Shown piece by piece: positions 19,179-29,231 of a stretch of 64,000 nucleotides of DNA. Both the position numbers and the translations under genes were made by a program. Numbering within the stretch: position 1 is the stretch's first letter; every line of letters starts with the position of its first letter. The stretch comes from Acidobacteriota bacterium (lineage in GTDB: Bacteria; Acidobacteriota; UBA890; WLXD01). The stretch lies in NCBI GenBank assembly GCA_965248695.1, contig CBDFKD010000002.1, positions 320,001-384,000 on the forward strand, written 5' to 3'. The notes below the pieces were generated by a model that saw only the letters and a list, made by a program, of their open reading frames with translations, ran no database searches and was not told the origin of the DNA.

Positions 19179-19847
19179 ATGAGCTTGAAAGCCGCTCGCG
19201 CGCTGCCCCGAGTCGTGTTGCTGCTCGCCGCTGGCATCGCGACAACAGCGTGCGCCGGCGATGCGCAGCCTCCGGCTCCAGCTCGTGCGGATGCTGCAGA
19301 GGCGAGCGTAGCGCCCGCCGGCGTGATGGACGGATCCCTGCCGGACATGGGCGGTCGGGCCTTCGTAGCGCTGCAACCCGAGTCGGCTCATACTTCCCCG
19401 CCGCCGGGCAAACCGGGGGTCATCGATCAGTTCGGCTACACCTTCGAACCGTCGTTGCTCATCGCGCAGCAGGACCAGACGGTTCGAATCGGCAACAGCG
19501 AGGACGTCGACCACAACGTACGGGTGACAAACGTCGAGACTCGGGCGGTAGTGGTGAACGCCAATCTGGTTATGGGTGAGACCGTCGAGCACCGGTTCGA
19601 CCGCACCGGACCTTACACAGTGCGTTGCGACATCCACCCGGCGATGACGGCGCTCATCCTCGTGGTGTCGCACCCGTACGCGGCGATAACCGACACTCGC
19701 GGCGCGTTCCGGATCGAGAACATCCCGCCGGGCGCCTACGCGCTGACGACGTGGAGCGCCGCCGGCGAGCGGATCCTACAACGCGCCGTAACCGTCACCG
19801 AGGACGCGGACGGCCAACTCGAGATGACGTCGGGTGCCACGGAGTAG
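19179..19847 (+). CDS. Lipoprotein with cupredoxin-like and carboxypeptidase-regulatory-like domains
   Basis: Lipobox-like TTAC; N.EDVDHNV, RCDIHPAM, then G.FRIENIPPG.Y.L. Confidence 0.65.
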   Translation: MSLKAARALPRVVLLLAAGIATTACAGDAQPPAPARADAAEASVAPAGVMDGSLPDMGGRAFVALQPESAHTSPPPGKPGVIDQFGYTFEPSLLIAQQDQTVRIGNSEDVDHNVRVTNVETRAVVVNANLVMGETVEHRFDRTGPYTVRCDIHPAMTALILVVSHPYAAITDTRGAFRIENIPPGAYALTTWSAAGERILQRAVTVTEDADGQLEMTSGATE

Positions 19848-19889
19848 CACGCCACCGGACCACGACTCGCGAGTCGGGAGATCGACGCG

Positions 19890-20735
19890 ATGAACAAGCG
19901 CGAATTCGGTCACACGGGCATAGGCGTATCGGTCATCGGCCAGGGCACCTGGCGGATGGAGCTGTCTGACCGAGCTACCGCGACCGCGGCACTACAACGT
20001 GGTCTCGACCGCGGGGCGACGCATATCGACACCGCCGAGATGTATGGCAACGGCGCCGCCGAAGAGCTCGTCGGCAAGGCCATGGATGGGCGACGCGACG
20101 AGGTGTTCCTGGTGAGCAAGGTGCTGCCCTCGAACGCCTCGCGGGAGGGCACCGTCGCCGCGTGCGAGCGATCGCTGAGACGCCTGCGCACCGACCGGCT
20201 CGATTGCTACCTGCTGCACTGGGAAGGAGCCCACCCGATCGAGGAGACCGTCGCCGGGTTCGAACAGTTGGCAAGCGACGGCAAGATCCGCGCGTGGGGC
20301 GTTAGCAACTTCGATGAGCGCGCCTTGGACGAGGTGGTCGCGCTCGCGGGCGCCGAGCACGTCACCTGTAATCAGGTCTGCTACCACCTCCAGGAACGAG
20401 CCATCGAGCACGCTGTGGTGCCCTACTGCCACAAGCACGGGATCGCGGTGGTCGCCTACAGCCCGTTCGGATCAGGCTCCTTCCCTTCCGAGGATTCCCA
20501 CCGCGGGCGAATCCTGACCGACATCGGGGCACGGTACGGTGTCAGCGCTTTCCAGATTGCCCTGGCGTTCCTTTGCCGGCGCGAGGGGCAGTTCGCGATT
20601 CCCAAGAGCGCATTGCCGGCCCATGTCGAAGACAACGCCGCCGCCGGCGACGTCGTGCTCGCGGATACGGACCTCGAGCAGATCGACGCTGCTTTTCCAC
20701 TCGGTCGACCGCGACCCGGCGTTCCGGTGATCTGA
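19890..20735 (+). CDS. Aldo/keto reductase
   Basis: IGQGTW, IDTAEMYG, LRTDRLDCYLLHW, GVSNF, AYSP, AIPKS. Confidence 0.92.
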   Translation: MNKREFGHTGIGVSVIGQGTWRMELSDRATATAALQRGLDRGATHIDTAEMYGNGAAEELVGKAMDGRRDEVFLVSKVLPSNASREGTVAACERSLRRLRTDRLDCYLLHWEGAHPIEETVAGFEQLASDGKIRAWGVSNFDERALDEVVALAGAEHVTCNQVCYHLQERAIEHAVVPYCHKHGIAVVAYSPFGSGSFPSEDSHRGRILTDIGARYGVSAFQIALAFLCRREGQFAIPKSALPAHVEDNAAAGDVVLADTDLEQIDAAFPLGRPRPGVPVI

Positions 20736-20911
20736 TTGCAACCCTGGACGCCGTCGCTCACGTTTCGTGCACCCCTCGGACAGCGACGGCCAACCGTCAG
20801 AACGAACTCGGTTGAGCCACTCACAGTCCGTTGAGAAACCCCAACGCTTGTGGTCGAATGCCGCCAGATTTCTGACTCTAAGAGCCACACTACCCGCAGA
20901 GGAGACTCGAC

Positions 20912-22972
20912 ATGACGACCCGGCTGTCCACACGCTACGGACTGATCTGCGCCATGCTCACCGTTGGGCTTGCAGCGAGCGCGATACACCCCGGCAGCGC
21001 CATCGCGCAACGTCCGGTGCTCACCATCGACGACCAGTTCCTGCTCGAGCGCGTAGGCTCGCCGCGGATTAGCCCGGACGGCGTACGGATTGCCTACACC
21101 ATCGGCACCACCGACTACGACACCAACAGCTCCGAGACGCGGATCTGGGTTGTCGATCGCGATGGCGGTGCCCCGATCCCGATGACCGGCACCGGGAGCT
21201 CGGCCTCGAGCCCGCGATGGAGCCCCGACGGGCAGCGGCTGTCGTTCCTGTCCGCACGTGATGGAGGCAACACGCAGGTTTGGGCGCTCGATCTCACCAC
21301 CGGCGGCGAGGCGGTACAGCTCACCCAAATCGAAGACGGCGTGTCGGGATACGAATGGGCGCCGGACGGACGGCGGCTGGTGCTGACTATCAGAGACGCG
21401 GCCCCGGAGAAGAACCCGGCGGCCAAGACGAAGAGCGGTGCCGATATCCCCGAGCCGTGGGTCGTCGACCGATTGCAGTTCAAGCGCGACTACGTCGGCT
21501 ACCTGGACCGGCGTCGAGAGCATCTCTACACCTTCGATCTGGGTAGCAAGGCGACGGTCCAGATCACCTCCGGCGATCACGATGATTCACAGCCGGTGTG
21601 GTCCCCGGACGGCACCACGATCGCGTTCGTCAGCAACCGCACGGTCGACGCCGACGCCAACTTCAACACCAACATCTGGCTCGTCGACGCAGCCAACACC
21701 GACATGGGGGCGAGCCTGACGCAGGTCACCAGCAACCCGGGCTCCGACGGGTCCCCGGCGTTCAGCCCTGACGGCGCCCGCATCGCTCACATCACCGAGA
21801 CCGATATCGATCACTCACCCTACGACATCGCCAAAGTTGCCGTGATCGAACCGGGCGGGGAGGCGATGATCCTCACCGAGGGCCTCGACCGCGGCGCCCG
21901 TCGGCCGATGTTCAGCGCCGACGGTAGTTCCGTTTACTTCCAGGTCGACGACAGCGGTGAGCGCCACCTGGCCATGATCTCGGCGGCCGGCGGCGAGGTC
22001 GTGCGGGTCATCGACGGACCCCGCAGCGTCAACGCGGTGACGATCTCCGACGACGGCACCATCGTGGCGCTCATCAGCGAGCCCCACGAGCCTGGCAACC
22101 TCTACGTGCGCGAAAACGACGGCGGTCTGCGCAAACTGACACGTAACAACGACGAGCTGCTCACCGGAATCGACCTCGCCGATGTCGAGAATGTGCATTT
22201 CCCGAGCGCCGACGGCACCGAGATCGAAGGCTTCATCTTCAAGCCGCTGGATTTCCAGGAGGGCGTCCGCTACCCGACGATCCTGCGAATCCACGGCGGG
22301 CCGGTGTCGCAGTACACCTACGGCTGGAACTACGAGGCACAGCTGTTCGCCGCCAACGGCTATCTGGTGGTGACCACGAACCCGCGCGGATCATCGGGCT
22401 ACGGCAAAGCCTTTCAGATGGGGATCTGGCAGTCCTGGGGCGACAAAGACACCCAGGACGTGATCGCCGGAGTCGACCACGCGATCAAGCTCGGCTGGGC
22501 CGATCCGGACCGACTCGGAGTCGGGGGCTGGTCGTATGGCGGGATTCTGACCAACTACGTCATCACCCAGACGCAGCGATTCGGCGCCGCGATAGCCGGC
22601 GCGTCGGGAGCGCACTGGATCAGCAGCTACGGCCACGATCACTACCAGCGCTGGTATCGCCTCGAGTTCGGCGACCCCTGGGAACCCGACGCACGGGCAA
22701 TCTACGAGAAGCTGTCGTCGTACAACGACGTCGACAAGATCACCACGCCGACCATGTGGGTGGGTGGCAAGGAAGACTGGAACGTGCCGATCATCCACGC
22801 CGAGATGATGTACCAGGCGGTCAAGAGCCGCGGCCTGGACGCGCTCTTGGTCGTGTACCCGAACATGCACCACGGTATCAACCTCCCCTACTACCGTAAG
22901 GACCTGCACCAGCGTTACTTGGCCTGGTACGCGAAATACCTCAAGCCGGAGACGGCAGTAATGGACGAGTAG
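20912..22972 (+). CDS. S9-family peptidase (acylaminoacyl/dipeptidyl peptidase-like), secreted
   Basis: Signal peptide, PD40-like WSPDG repeats, IHGGP, NPRGSSGYG, catalytic GWSYGG, D.NVP, H. Confidence 0.92.
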   Translation: MTTRLSTRYGLICAMLTVGLAASAIHPGSAIAQRPVLTIDDQFLLERVGSPRISPDGVRIAYTIGTTDYDTNSSETRIWVVDRDGGAPIPMTGTGSSASSPRWSPDGQRLSFLSARDGGNTQVWALDLTTGGEAVQLTQIEDGVSGYEWAPDGRRLVLTIRDAAPEKNPAAKTKSGADIPEPWVVDRLQFKRDYVGYLDRRREHLYTFDLGSKATVQITSGDHDDSQPVWSPDGTTIAFVSNRTVDADANFNTNIWLVDAANTDMGASLTQVTSNPGSDGSPAFSPDGARIAHITETDIDHSPYDIAKVAVIEPGGEAMILTEGLDRGARRPMFSADGSSVYFQVDDSGERHLAMISAAGGEVVRVIDGPRSVNAVTISDDGTIVALISEPHEPGNLYVRENDGGLRKLTRNNDELLTGIDLADVENVHFPSADGTEIEGFIFKPLDFQEGVRYPTILRIHGGPVSQYTYGWNYEAQLFAANGYLVVTTNPRGSSGYGKAFQMGIWQSWGDKDTQDVIAGVDHAIKLGWADPDRLGVGGWSYGGILTNYVITQTQRFGAAIAGASGAHWISSYGHDHYQRWYRLEFGDPWEPDARAIYEKLSSYNDVDKITTPTMWVGGKEDWNVPIIHAEMMYQAVKSRGLDALLVVYPNMHHGINLPYYRKDLHQRYLAWYAKYLKPETAVMDE

Positions 22973-22990
22973 GAGGCGTAACGTCGCCTG

Positions 22991-24586
22991 CTAACGGAGC
23001 TGGTACTTCTTCAGCTTCCGGTACACGGTCGCACGACCGAGCCCGAGCTCAACGCCGACCTTGCTCACGTTGCCGCCGTTTCGATACATCGCATCAGCGA
23101 TCATGTCGCGCTCGATCTCCATCATCGTGCCGTACCCCGTCGGTCGCGAGCGGCTAGGGCGATCAATGTGCACGACCTTGGCGCCGCCTCTGCCTTCTTC
23201 CGCAGTCAAGTCGGCTGGTCGACCGAGCAGACGGGGTGGCAGGTCGGACGGACGGATGACCTTGCAGTCGTCGCTAGCGACGACCGCGCGCTGAATCGTG
23301 TTTTGCAGTTCCCGCACATTGCCCGGCCAGTCGTGTTGCGCCAGCACCGCCATCGCCGCCGCATCGATCCGCCAGCCGTCTTCCCCGTCCGGGGCGTATT
23401 GAGCGATGAATCGCTCCACCAGTAGCTCGATGTCGGAGCCGCGCTCGCGCAGCGACGGCAGTCGGAGCTCGAACACGGCGATGCGATAGAACAGATCCTC
23501 GCGGAAACTACCGACCTCCATCTCATGGGCGAGCTCCTTGTTAGTAGCCGCGATGATACGGAAGTCCGAAGAGATCGGTGTCTCACCTCCGAGACGATGA
23601 AACGATCGCTCCTGTAGCGCCCTCAGCATCTTGGCCTGCAGCGGAAGCGACAGCTCCGCCACCTCGTCCAGGAACAATGTGCCGCCGTCAGCGCACTCGA
23701 ACTTGCCGGCGTGGCGCCGGACCGCGCCCGTAAACGAACCCTTCTCATGGCCGAAGAGCTCTGACTCTTGAAGGGTTTCCGGGATCGCGGCGCAGTTAAC
23801 CGTCACCCACGGACCATCGCTCCGGGAGCTGCGGTGACACAGAGCCTGGGCGGCCAGTTCCTTGCCGGTGCCGCTCTCGCCGGTGATCAACACGCTCACA
23901 TCGCTCGATCCGATGCTATCGAGGTCGCGGAACAACGCTTGCATCGGCGGCGATTGACCGATGATCGCCGGATAGTCAGGGGAACGAGTCTTGCTCGCTG
24001 TTCGCGCCAGGCGCGCCCGCGCACGATGCCGGTCAACAGCACTCTCGACGACCGCCATCAGCTTCGCACGCTCCAGCGGCTTGATCACACACTCGTACGC
24101 CCCGAGCTCGATGGCAGCAAGAAGGCTCTCCACCGATGAATCGCTGGTCATCATCACGACCGGTACCGAACGATGGCGCCGCTTGATCTGCCTGAGCGCC
24201 TCCAGACTTCCCATACCCGGGACGGTGAAATCGAGGCAGATGACATCCGGCAGAACATCTCCGAGCGCCTGGATACACTTCTCAGGCTCCGAGAACACTC
24301 GCGAGGCGAAACCTGCCCTTTCGAGCCAATTGGAGGTGAGGTCGGTGACCTCGGCGGCAGCATCAACGACGAAGACCATCGGGCGTCGGGAGTCGCCGGC
24401 GATCGCATCCGCGCCCGCTCGCTCGCGCGTCCCCGGTGCCACTGCGCCTGGAAAGCGCCGGCCGATCCTTGCTGGCGCCGAGCTCATCGGACGGCTCGGG
24501 CCCGGTGCGGTAGCCTCATCTGGCGTCGAGACGTCCACCGTGTCTTTGACATATTCGCTGTCCTTGGGCTTTCTTTTAATGGTCAA
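22991..24586 (-). CDS. Sigma54-dependent response regulator (NtrC family: REC-AAA+-Fis HTH)
   Basis: [46 protein letters not shown]-terminal HTH; the start may lie further downstream. Confidence 0.92.
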   Translation of the reverse strand: MTIKRKPKDSEYVKDTVDVSTPDEATAPGPSRPMSSAPARIGRRFPGAVAPGTRERAGADAIAGDSRRPMVFVVDAAAEVTDLTSNWLERAGFASRVFSEPEKCIQALGDVLPDVICLDFTVPGMGSLEALRQIKRRHRSVPVVMMTSDSSVESLLAAIELGAYECVIKPLERAKLMAVVESAVDRHRARARLARTASKTRSPDYPAIIGQSPPMQALFRDLDSIGSSDVSVLITGESGTGKELAAQALCHRSSRSDGPWVTVNCAAIPETLQESELFGHEKGSFTGAVRRHAGKFECADGGTLFLDEVAELSLPLQAKMLRALQERSFHRLGGETPISSDFRIIAATNKELAHEMEVGSFREDLFYRIAVFELRLPSLRERGSDIELLVERFIAQYAPDGEDGWRIDAAAMAVLAQHDWPGNVRELQNTIQRAVVASDDCKVIRPSDLPPRLLGRPADLTAEEGRGGAKVVHIDRPSRSRPTGYGTMMEIERDMIADAMYRNGGNVSKVGVELGLGRATVYRKLKKYQLR

Positions 24587-24768
24587 TCGAGGTCATTACT
24601 ATGTATAACTAGGTATAACAGTTGATTACATACTTTCACAAGTATGAAATTAACTTCGAGGAGCTTTCCCGGTCTCGTCCCTAGTATTCAAAGGTATAGC
24701 TATTTCTGATGGGAATTACTTGCTTGTGCAATCATGTAGGTATCCTGTATAGCTAGTAGAGGACGCTC

Positions 24769-25182
24769 TTGGACACACCGGTCCTTGCGAGACATCGACT
24801 AATGTTCAAAGACAAACTGGAGACATGCGGGCTCGCCGCCGCCGTGCCCATGCTGATCGGCGGCGCGTGGCTATGGTCCCAGCCCTTGGCTAGATTCGAT
24901 CAGTCAGTCAATACACTGCGGCGCCCGGCAGTAGAGCGCCCGGTCGGAGCAACGACCGAGTGCCGTTCGCGGGTCGCCAAGGCGTTGGACTCGCGCCGAG
25001 AGCTCGTCTTCGGCTCCGAGCTCGACTCCGTCACCGTGCGCCGTCACGGTGTGTATCAGGTCAGCGGCAACGCGCAAAGTGAAAGCTCGGCCGGCCACCG
25101 CGTCGCTCTGGACTACACTTGCACGTTCGATGCGCGCTCGTCCGATCCGGTCAAGGTCGAGATCGTCGAGCACTCCTTGTAG
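24769..25182 (+). CDS. Hypothetical membrane-anchored/exported small protein
   Basis: 137-aa ORF with one hydrophobic segment and a Cys pair; divergent from the sigma54 activator; start uncertain. Confidence 0.5.
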   Translation: MDTPVLARHRLMFKDKLETCGLAAAVPMLIGGAWLWSQPLARFDQSVNTLRRPAVERPVGATTECRSRVAKALDSRRELVFGSELDSVTVRRHGVYQVSGNAQSESSAGHRVALDYTCTFDARSSDPVKVEIVEHSL

Positions 25183-25535
25183 GCACCGCTGCTACTCGCT
25201 GGCCACATCCCGCGCCACTGGGATCGCCATCGACGGTATCGGCAACGCAAAAGATCTCCGCCTCAAATCTCGCCGGCCTCGTCGGTCATCGACATCGCCC
25301 CCGCAGTCGCTGTGTAGCGTAGCGACTCGCCGCCGACCGCTACCTTGTGCGGCGGCGCTACCGGGTCTGGCAACATCGGTCGCGGAGCCGTGTCCTCCTG
25401 CGCAGAAGCGGAGCCGCTGTTGATTCGCTGCGCGATCGTGGAGCGCGCTGCGGGCGTCGCCCTGCTGTCCGTTGTGGTCTACTTGCGCCACGATCCACTT
25501 GGCTATCCGACACGATCTCGCCGACGGAGAGCACG

Positions 25536-26075
25536 ATGACCCAGACGCCGAACCTCCTCTCCGACGGTAGTGAGCCGGCGACCTACGAGGACCTCTTGAG
25601 CCGCCTGACCAACCTCGGAATCGAGGTTCAGACAATCGAGCACGAGCCGGTCTTCACGGTCGAGGAGGCGCAGGCTCACCGCGGGAAGCTGCAGGGAGCC
25701 CACACTAAGAACCTCTTCCTGCGCGACAAGAAGAAGCGCATGTGGCTGGTGGTGTGCCGCGAGGATCGCAGCGTCGACCTCAAGAAGCTGCCGTCGGTGA
25801 TCGGCAGCGGGCGTCTGTCTTTCGGTAGCCCGCAGCGGTTGATGCAGAACCTAGGCGTGATCCCCGGGGCCGTGACGCCGTTCGCGGTGCTGAACGATCA
25901 CGAGCTGAACGTGCGGGTCGCTGTCGAGCGCAGCCTGCTCGACGAGGCGCCATGGAACTTCCATCCGCTCGACAACGCCAGGACGACGTCGATCCAACCG
26001 CAGGACATGCTCCGATTTCTCGAAGAACAGGAGCACGCCCCGCAGCTCGTCGACCTGGGTTCCGCCACCCGGTAG
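25536..26075 (+). CDS. YbaK/ProX-type aminoacyl-tRNA deacylase (prolyl-tRNA editing domain protein)
   Basis: EH.PVFTVEE, HTKNLFLRDKKK, RLSFGS, LGVIPGAVTPF, NFHPLDN; GGAG RBS before ATG 25536. Confidence 0.88.
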   Translation: MTQTPNLLSDGSEPATYEDLLSRLTNLGIEVQTIEHEPVFTVEEAQAHRGKLQGAHTKNLFLRDKKKRMWLVVCREDRSVDLKKLPSVIGSGRLSFGSPQRLMQNLGVIPGAVTPFAVLNDHELNVRVAVERSLLDEAPWNFHPLDNARTTSIQPQDMLRFLEEQEHAPQLVDLGSATR

Positions 26076-26103
26076 CGCCGAGAGCGGCTGTCCGCTGCCT
26101 AGG

Positions 26104-26279
26104 AGGCCGTGGTGAAAGTGTGGTGGGTCTGGCGACAGGGTTTTGCGAGGCGCAGGCCAGAGAGAGGAGGAGGCGATGGTTGCCCCATCGTTGACGACAA
26201 ACGACGCAGCATCCGCGCGCAACCCCCAGTCGCCCGAAGGGTTGCGGCAACCAGACCCACCACACTTTCACCACGGCCT
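26104..26279. repeat. MITE-like non-autonomous element with perfect 29-bp terminal inverted repeats
   Basis: AGGCCGTGGTGAAAGTGTGGTGGGTCTGG (26104-26132) is exactly inverted at 26251-26279; CTAG/CTGG one base outside each end; internal hairpins. Confidence 0.75.
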
Positions 26280-26331
26280 GCTGGACTGCGGCAGCCAACT
26301 CGGCTGAATGCGTACTTTCGGTTGCGGCGCG

Positions 26332-26991
26332 TTACTTCGGCTGTGGCACGACGCGGATGTACGGCAGGGGCTGCTGCCAGCCGTCGGGATACTTTTCCCG
26401 CGCCTGCTCGTCCGACACCGCCGGCGAGATGATCACGTCATCGCCCTGCTGCCAGTTGGCCGGCGTCGCCACCTGCTGGTAGGCGGTGAGCTGACACGAG
26501 TCGAGCAACCGCAGAATCTCCGCGAAGTTTCGCCCGGTGCTCATGGGATAGGTAAGCGTCGCCTTGATCGTCTTGTCCGGCCCGATGACGAACACTGAGC
26601 GCGCCGTCGCGTTGTCGGCGGGCGTACGGCCGTCAGAAGTATCCCCGGCACCGCCCGGCAGCATGTCGTAGGCCTTTACGACCTCCAGCCGGGGGTCGCC
26701 GATCAGCGGGTACGTCACGGCGTGGCCCTGCGAGGACTCGATGTCCTTCGACCAGGCCTCGTGATCGCTGACTCCGTCCACGCTGATACCGATGAGCTTG
26801 CAGTTGCGGGCGGCAAACTCGTCCTTCAGGCCGGCGGCGGCGCCAAGCTCGGTCGTGCAGACCGGTGTGAAGTCCTTCGGGTGCGAGAACATCACCACCC
26901 AGCTGTCGCCGATCCACTCGTGAAAGTTGATGCTCCCCTGCGTGGTCTCGGCCGTAAAGTCAGGGGCGACGTCGTTGATCCGTAGTGTCAT
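26332..26991 (-). CDS. 1-Cys peroxiredoxin (Prx6)
   Basis: FSHPKDFTPVCTTE, YPMSTGRNF, ATPANW. Confidence 0.95.
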   Translation of the reverse strand: MTLRINDVAPDFTAETTQGSINFHEWIGDSWVVMFSHPKDFTPVCTTELGAAAGLKDEFAARNCKLIGISVDGVSDHEAWSKDIESSQGHAVTYPLIGDPRLEVVKAYDMLPGGAGDTSDGRTPADNATARSVFVIGPDKTIKATLTYPMSTGRNFAEILRLLDSCQLTAYQQVATPANWQQGDDVIISPAVSDEQAREKYPDGWQQPLPYIRVVPQPK

Positions 26992-27063
26992 GTGTTTCCT
27001 CCTCGAGTTTTTGACCGCTGCGCATTTTAGACGCTGGGCCCTCCCAGGTCACGGCCGGACCGC

Positions 27064-27672
27064 CTAGAGCACCAGCGTGGCTAGCCCGGTGAGCACCAGA
27101 GCGGCTGCCCAGATCATGTCGAGGTTGATCCACGCCCGGCGCAGGAACAGCACCCCGAAATACTCGTAGACGATCACCGCCACCAGCCCGGTGACCAGCA
27201 GGTAGCCTGCGGTGTGTACCAGGGACGCCATGAGGCCGACGGCGAATCCCGCCGTCGCCGGCATGGGCGTGCCGGCATACACCCTTGTCTCCAACAACAG
27301 CGGCGCCACCATGAGTCCGGCACCGTGTGCGGACGCCATTAGGAAGGACCACACCGCCAGGTTCCAAAGCGACATCTTCATGCCGCCGTAGCGCGGATGT
27401 CGCGAGCGCACGAGCTTGTAGCCGCCGAAGCCGATGAGCAACGCGGCGACAACCAACTTCAATGCCGCACCGGGCAGCACGATGCCTAGCGCAGCCGCCA
27501 CCATCAACGCCACCGCTACCGCGACGGCGTGGCCGATGGCCAGTGGCAGGAGCGTCCGCCACACCGCACCGCGGCGCTGCTCCTGCATACCCAAAGCAAC
27601 GGCAAACAGCCAGCCCATCCCCGGATTGACACCGTGAAACGCACCGAGGGCGAACAGCGTCACCCAGAACAC
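27064..27672 (-). CDS. Multi-pass membrane protein with intramembrane His residues, adjacent to SBP56
   Basis: LGAFHGVNPGMGWLFAVALG, AIGHA, MASAHGAG, LVHT; about 6 TM segments; 17 bp from the SBP56 stop. Confidence 0.7.
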   Translation of the reverse strand: MFWVTLFALGAFHGVNPGMGWLFAVALGMQEQRRGAVWRTLLPLAIGHAVAVAVALMVAAALGIVLPGAALKLVVAALLIGFGGYKLVRSRHPRYGGMKMSLWNLAVWSFLMASAHGAGLMVAPLLLETRVYAGTPMPATAGFAVGLMASLVHTAGYLLVTGLVAVIVYEYFGVLFLRRAWINLDMIWAAALVLTGLATLVL

Positions 27673-27689
27673 GCCGCGGTCCTATCCGG

Positions 27690-29096
27690 CTAGCTGAAGC
27701 AGTAGGCGTCCGAAGAGGCGTCGCCTCCCTCTAGCCTCACCTGATGGACTCGCAAGCCGCCGGTCTCGATGAAGAAGTTCGGATCGAGCTCCATCCCACC
27801 CTCAGGGTTGGCATCGAGCTTTACCATCCACCCCTGCACACCGTCTGGATAGAACTGGTCGTCCCACGGCGAGTACAGCGAGTTGGTGAAGTAGACGCGC
27901 TTGCCGTCGCGGCTCACTTCGACCATCTGCGGTGCACCGTTGAGCGGCTGGTCCGGCTTTGCCGGATGCGCCGTCTTGTTGACGATGCCGCCCAGTTTGA
28001 TGTTGCCTGTCAGCTTGGGATTGTCGGGATCGCTGACGTCGTACTGGTGAAACTCCCCGATGCCCCAGCACGAGACGTAGAGGAACTTGTCGTCGACCGA
28101 CAGGTCAATGTCGGTGACCAGAGGCGGTACGGCCCCAAAGCCCTTGAGCAGCTCGGGGAGGTCATCCGGATCGGCCGGCTGTGCCGGGATGGTCACCACC
28201 TTCTTGACGCTCCAGGCGGCATCGCCATTCCCCTCGCCCTTGCGCCACAGCCAGATCGACGCCGAGAGATCCTCGAGCGACACCACCACGCCCACGAAGC
28301 CGTAGGCGTGAGCCGGATCGTGCGCCGGTCGCACCTCCAGCACCATTTGCTGCTCGGCGCCGAGGTCCAGGGCCTGAACGTGCGAGCGCGTCTTCAGGTC
28401 CCAAACATGCAGACCGTGACCGTACTTGCCGGCCAGCAGGAGCTCGGGGTTGAGCCCACTGGTCACCATGTTGGGCGTACCCCACTCGCTGGTGACGATC
28501 GCGTCCTGGCCGAGATGCCAGCCGAAATCGTAAGCAAGCTCCTGCGGGCCACGGTCGACCTCCCACTGACCACCGAGCTCGAAGGTCTCGTGATCCATGG
28601 TGAAGATTCCACCGGGGCCCTCACCATCAGCGTTACCGAGCGCGCTGACGTAGATACCGTCCGGGCCGCAATGCACCGTGTGCGGGGCAGCGTAGCCGGT
28701 CTTCTCAGCAAGCTCATCGGCCTCGATCACCTTGATGATCTTCGGGTCACGCGGATCCGGCTGCGTGTCGAGGATATAGATGCGCGAGGAGTGGATCCCA
28801 GGCACCACGAGGTAGCGCCGCCGGACGTGCGGATGTGGCGCGTACGGACTCAGGCAGGAGCTACAGGCATTCCATCCGAAGTGGTGCAGCTCGTCGCCCA
28901 CATGCGGCATTTCGACCTTGTTGATCAGCTTGCCGTAGTCCGGGGAGGCAGGATCTACATCGACGACGCCAATGGCATCGGGCTTGCCGTCGTCGTTGCA
29001 ATTCAGCATCGAGACATAGGCGATCCCCTCTGGATCAGCCTTCGCAGCATCCTTGGGCGACGGGTAGAAGCTGGGGTCGGGCGTGAGAGAAGCCAT
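27690..29096 (-). CDS. Selenium-binding protein SBP56 family (methanethiol oxidase-like)
   Basis: GDELHHFGWNACSS, PHTVHC, TSEWG, PQMVEVSRDGKRVYFTNSLYSPWDDQFYP, GGDASSD. Confidence 0.92.
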   Translation of the reverse strand: MASLTPDPSFYPSPKDAAKADPEGIAYVSMLNCNDDGKPDAIGVVDVDPASPDYGKLINKVEMPHVGDELHHFGWNACSSCLSPYAPHPHVRRRYLVVPGIHSSRIYILDTQPDPRDPKIIKVIEADELAEKTGYAAPHTVHCGPDGIYVSALGNADGEGPGGIFTMDHETFELGGQWEVDRGPQELAYDFGWHLGQDAIVTSEWGTPNMVTSGLNPELLLAGKYGHGLHVWDLKTRSHVQALDLGAEQQMVLEVRPAHDPAHAYGFVGVVVSLEDLSASIWLWRKGEGNGDAAWSVKKVVTIPAQPADPDDLPELLKGFGAVPPLVTDIDLSVDDKFLYVSCWGIGEFHQYDVSDPDNPKLTGNIKLGGIVNKTAHPAKPDQPLNGAPQMVEVSRDGKRVYFTNSLYSPWDDQFYPDGVQGWMVKLDANPEGGMELDPNFFIETGGLRVHQVRLEGGDASSDAYCFS

Positions 29097-29231
29097 AGGT
29101 GCTGCCTCCTGCTTTTGCGGGTGGATCTCGTCTTGAATTCAGGGAGTCGCTTTTCGGCGGACCGACACTATCAGCTTCGCCGATCCTGTGAAACAGGGCC
29201 TGCTGCCGAGTCGAATGCCATCCGGCCAGGC

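Noticed and set aside
24710-24724. Sigma54 -24/-12 promoter TGGGAATTACTTGC
   Set aside because: GG and GC are 9 nt apart, not the required 10.
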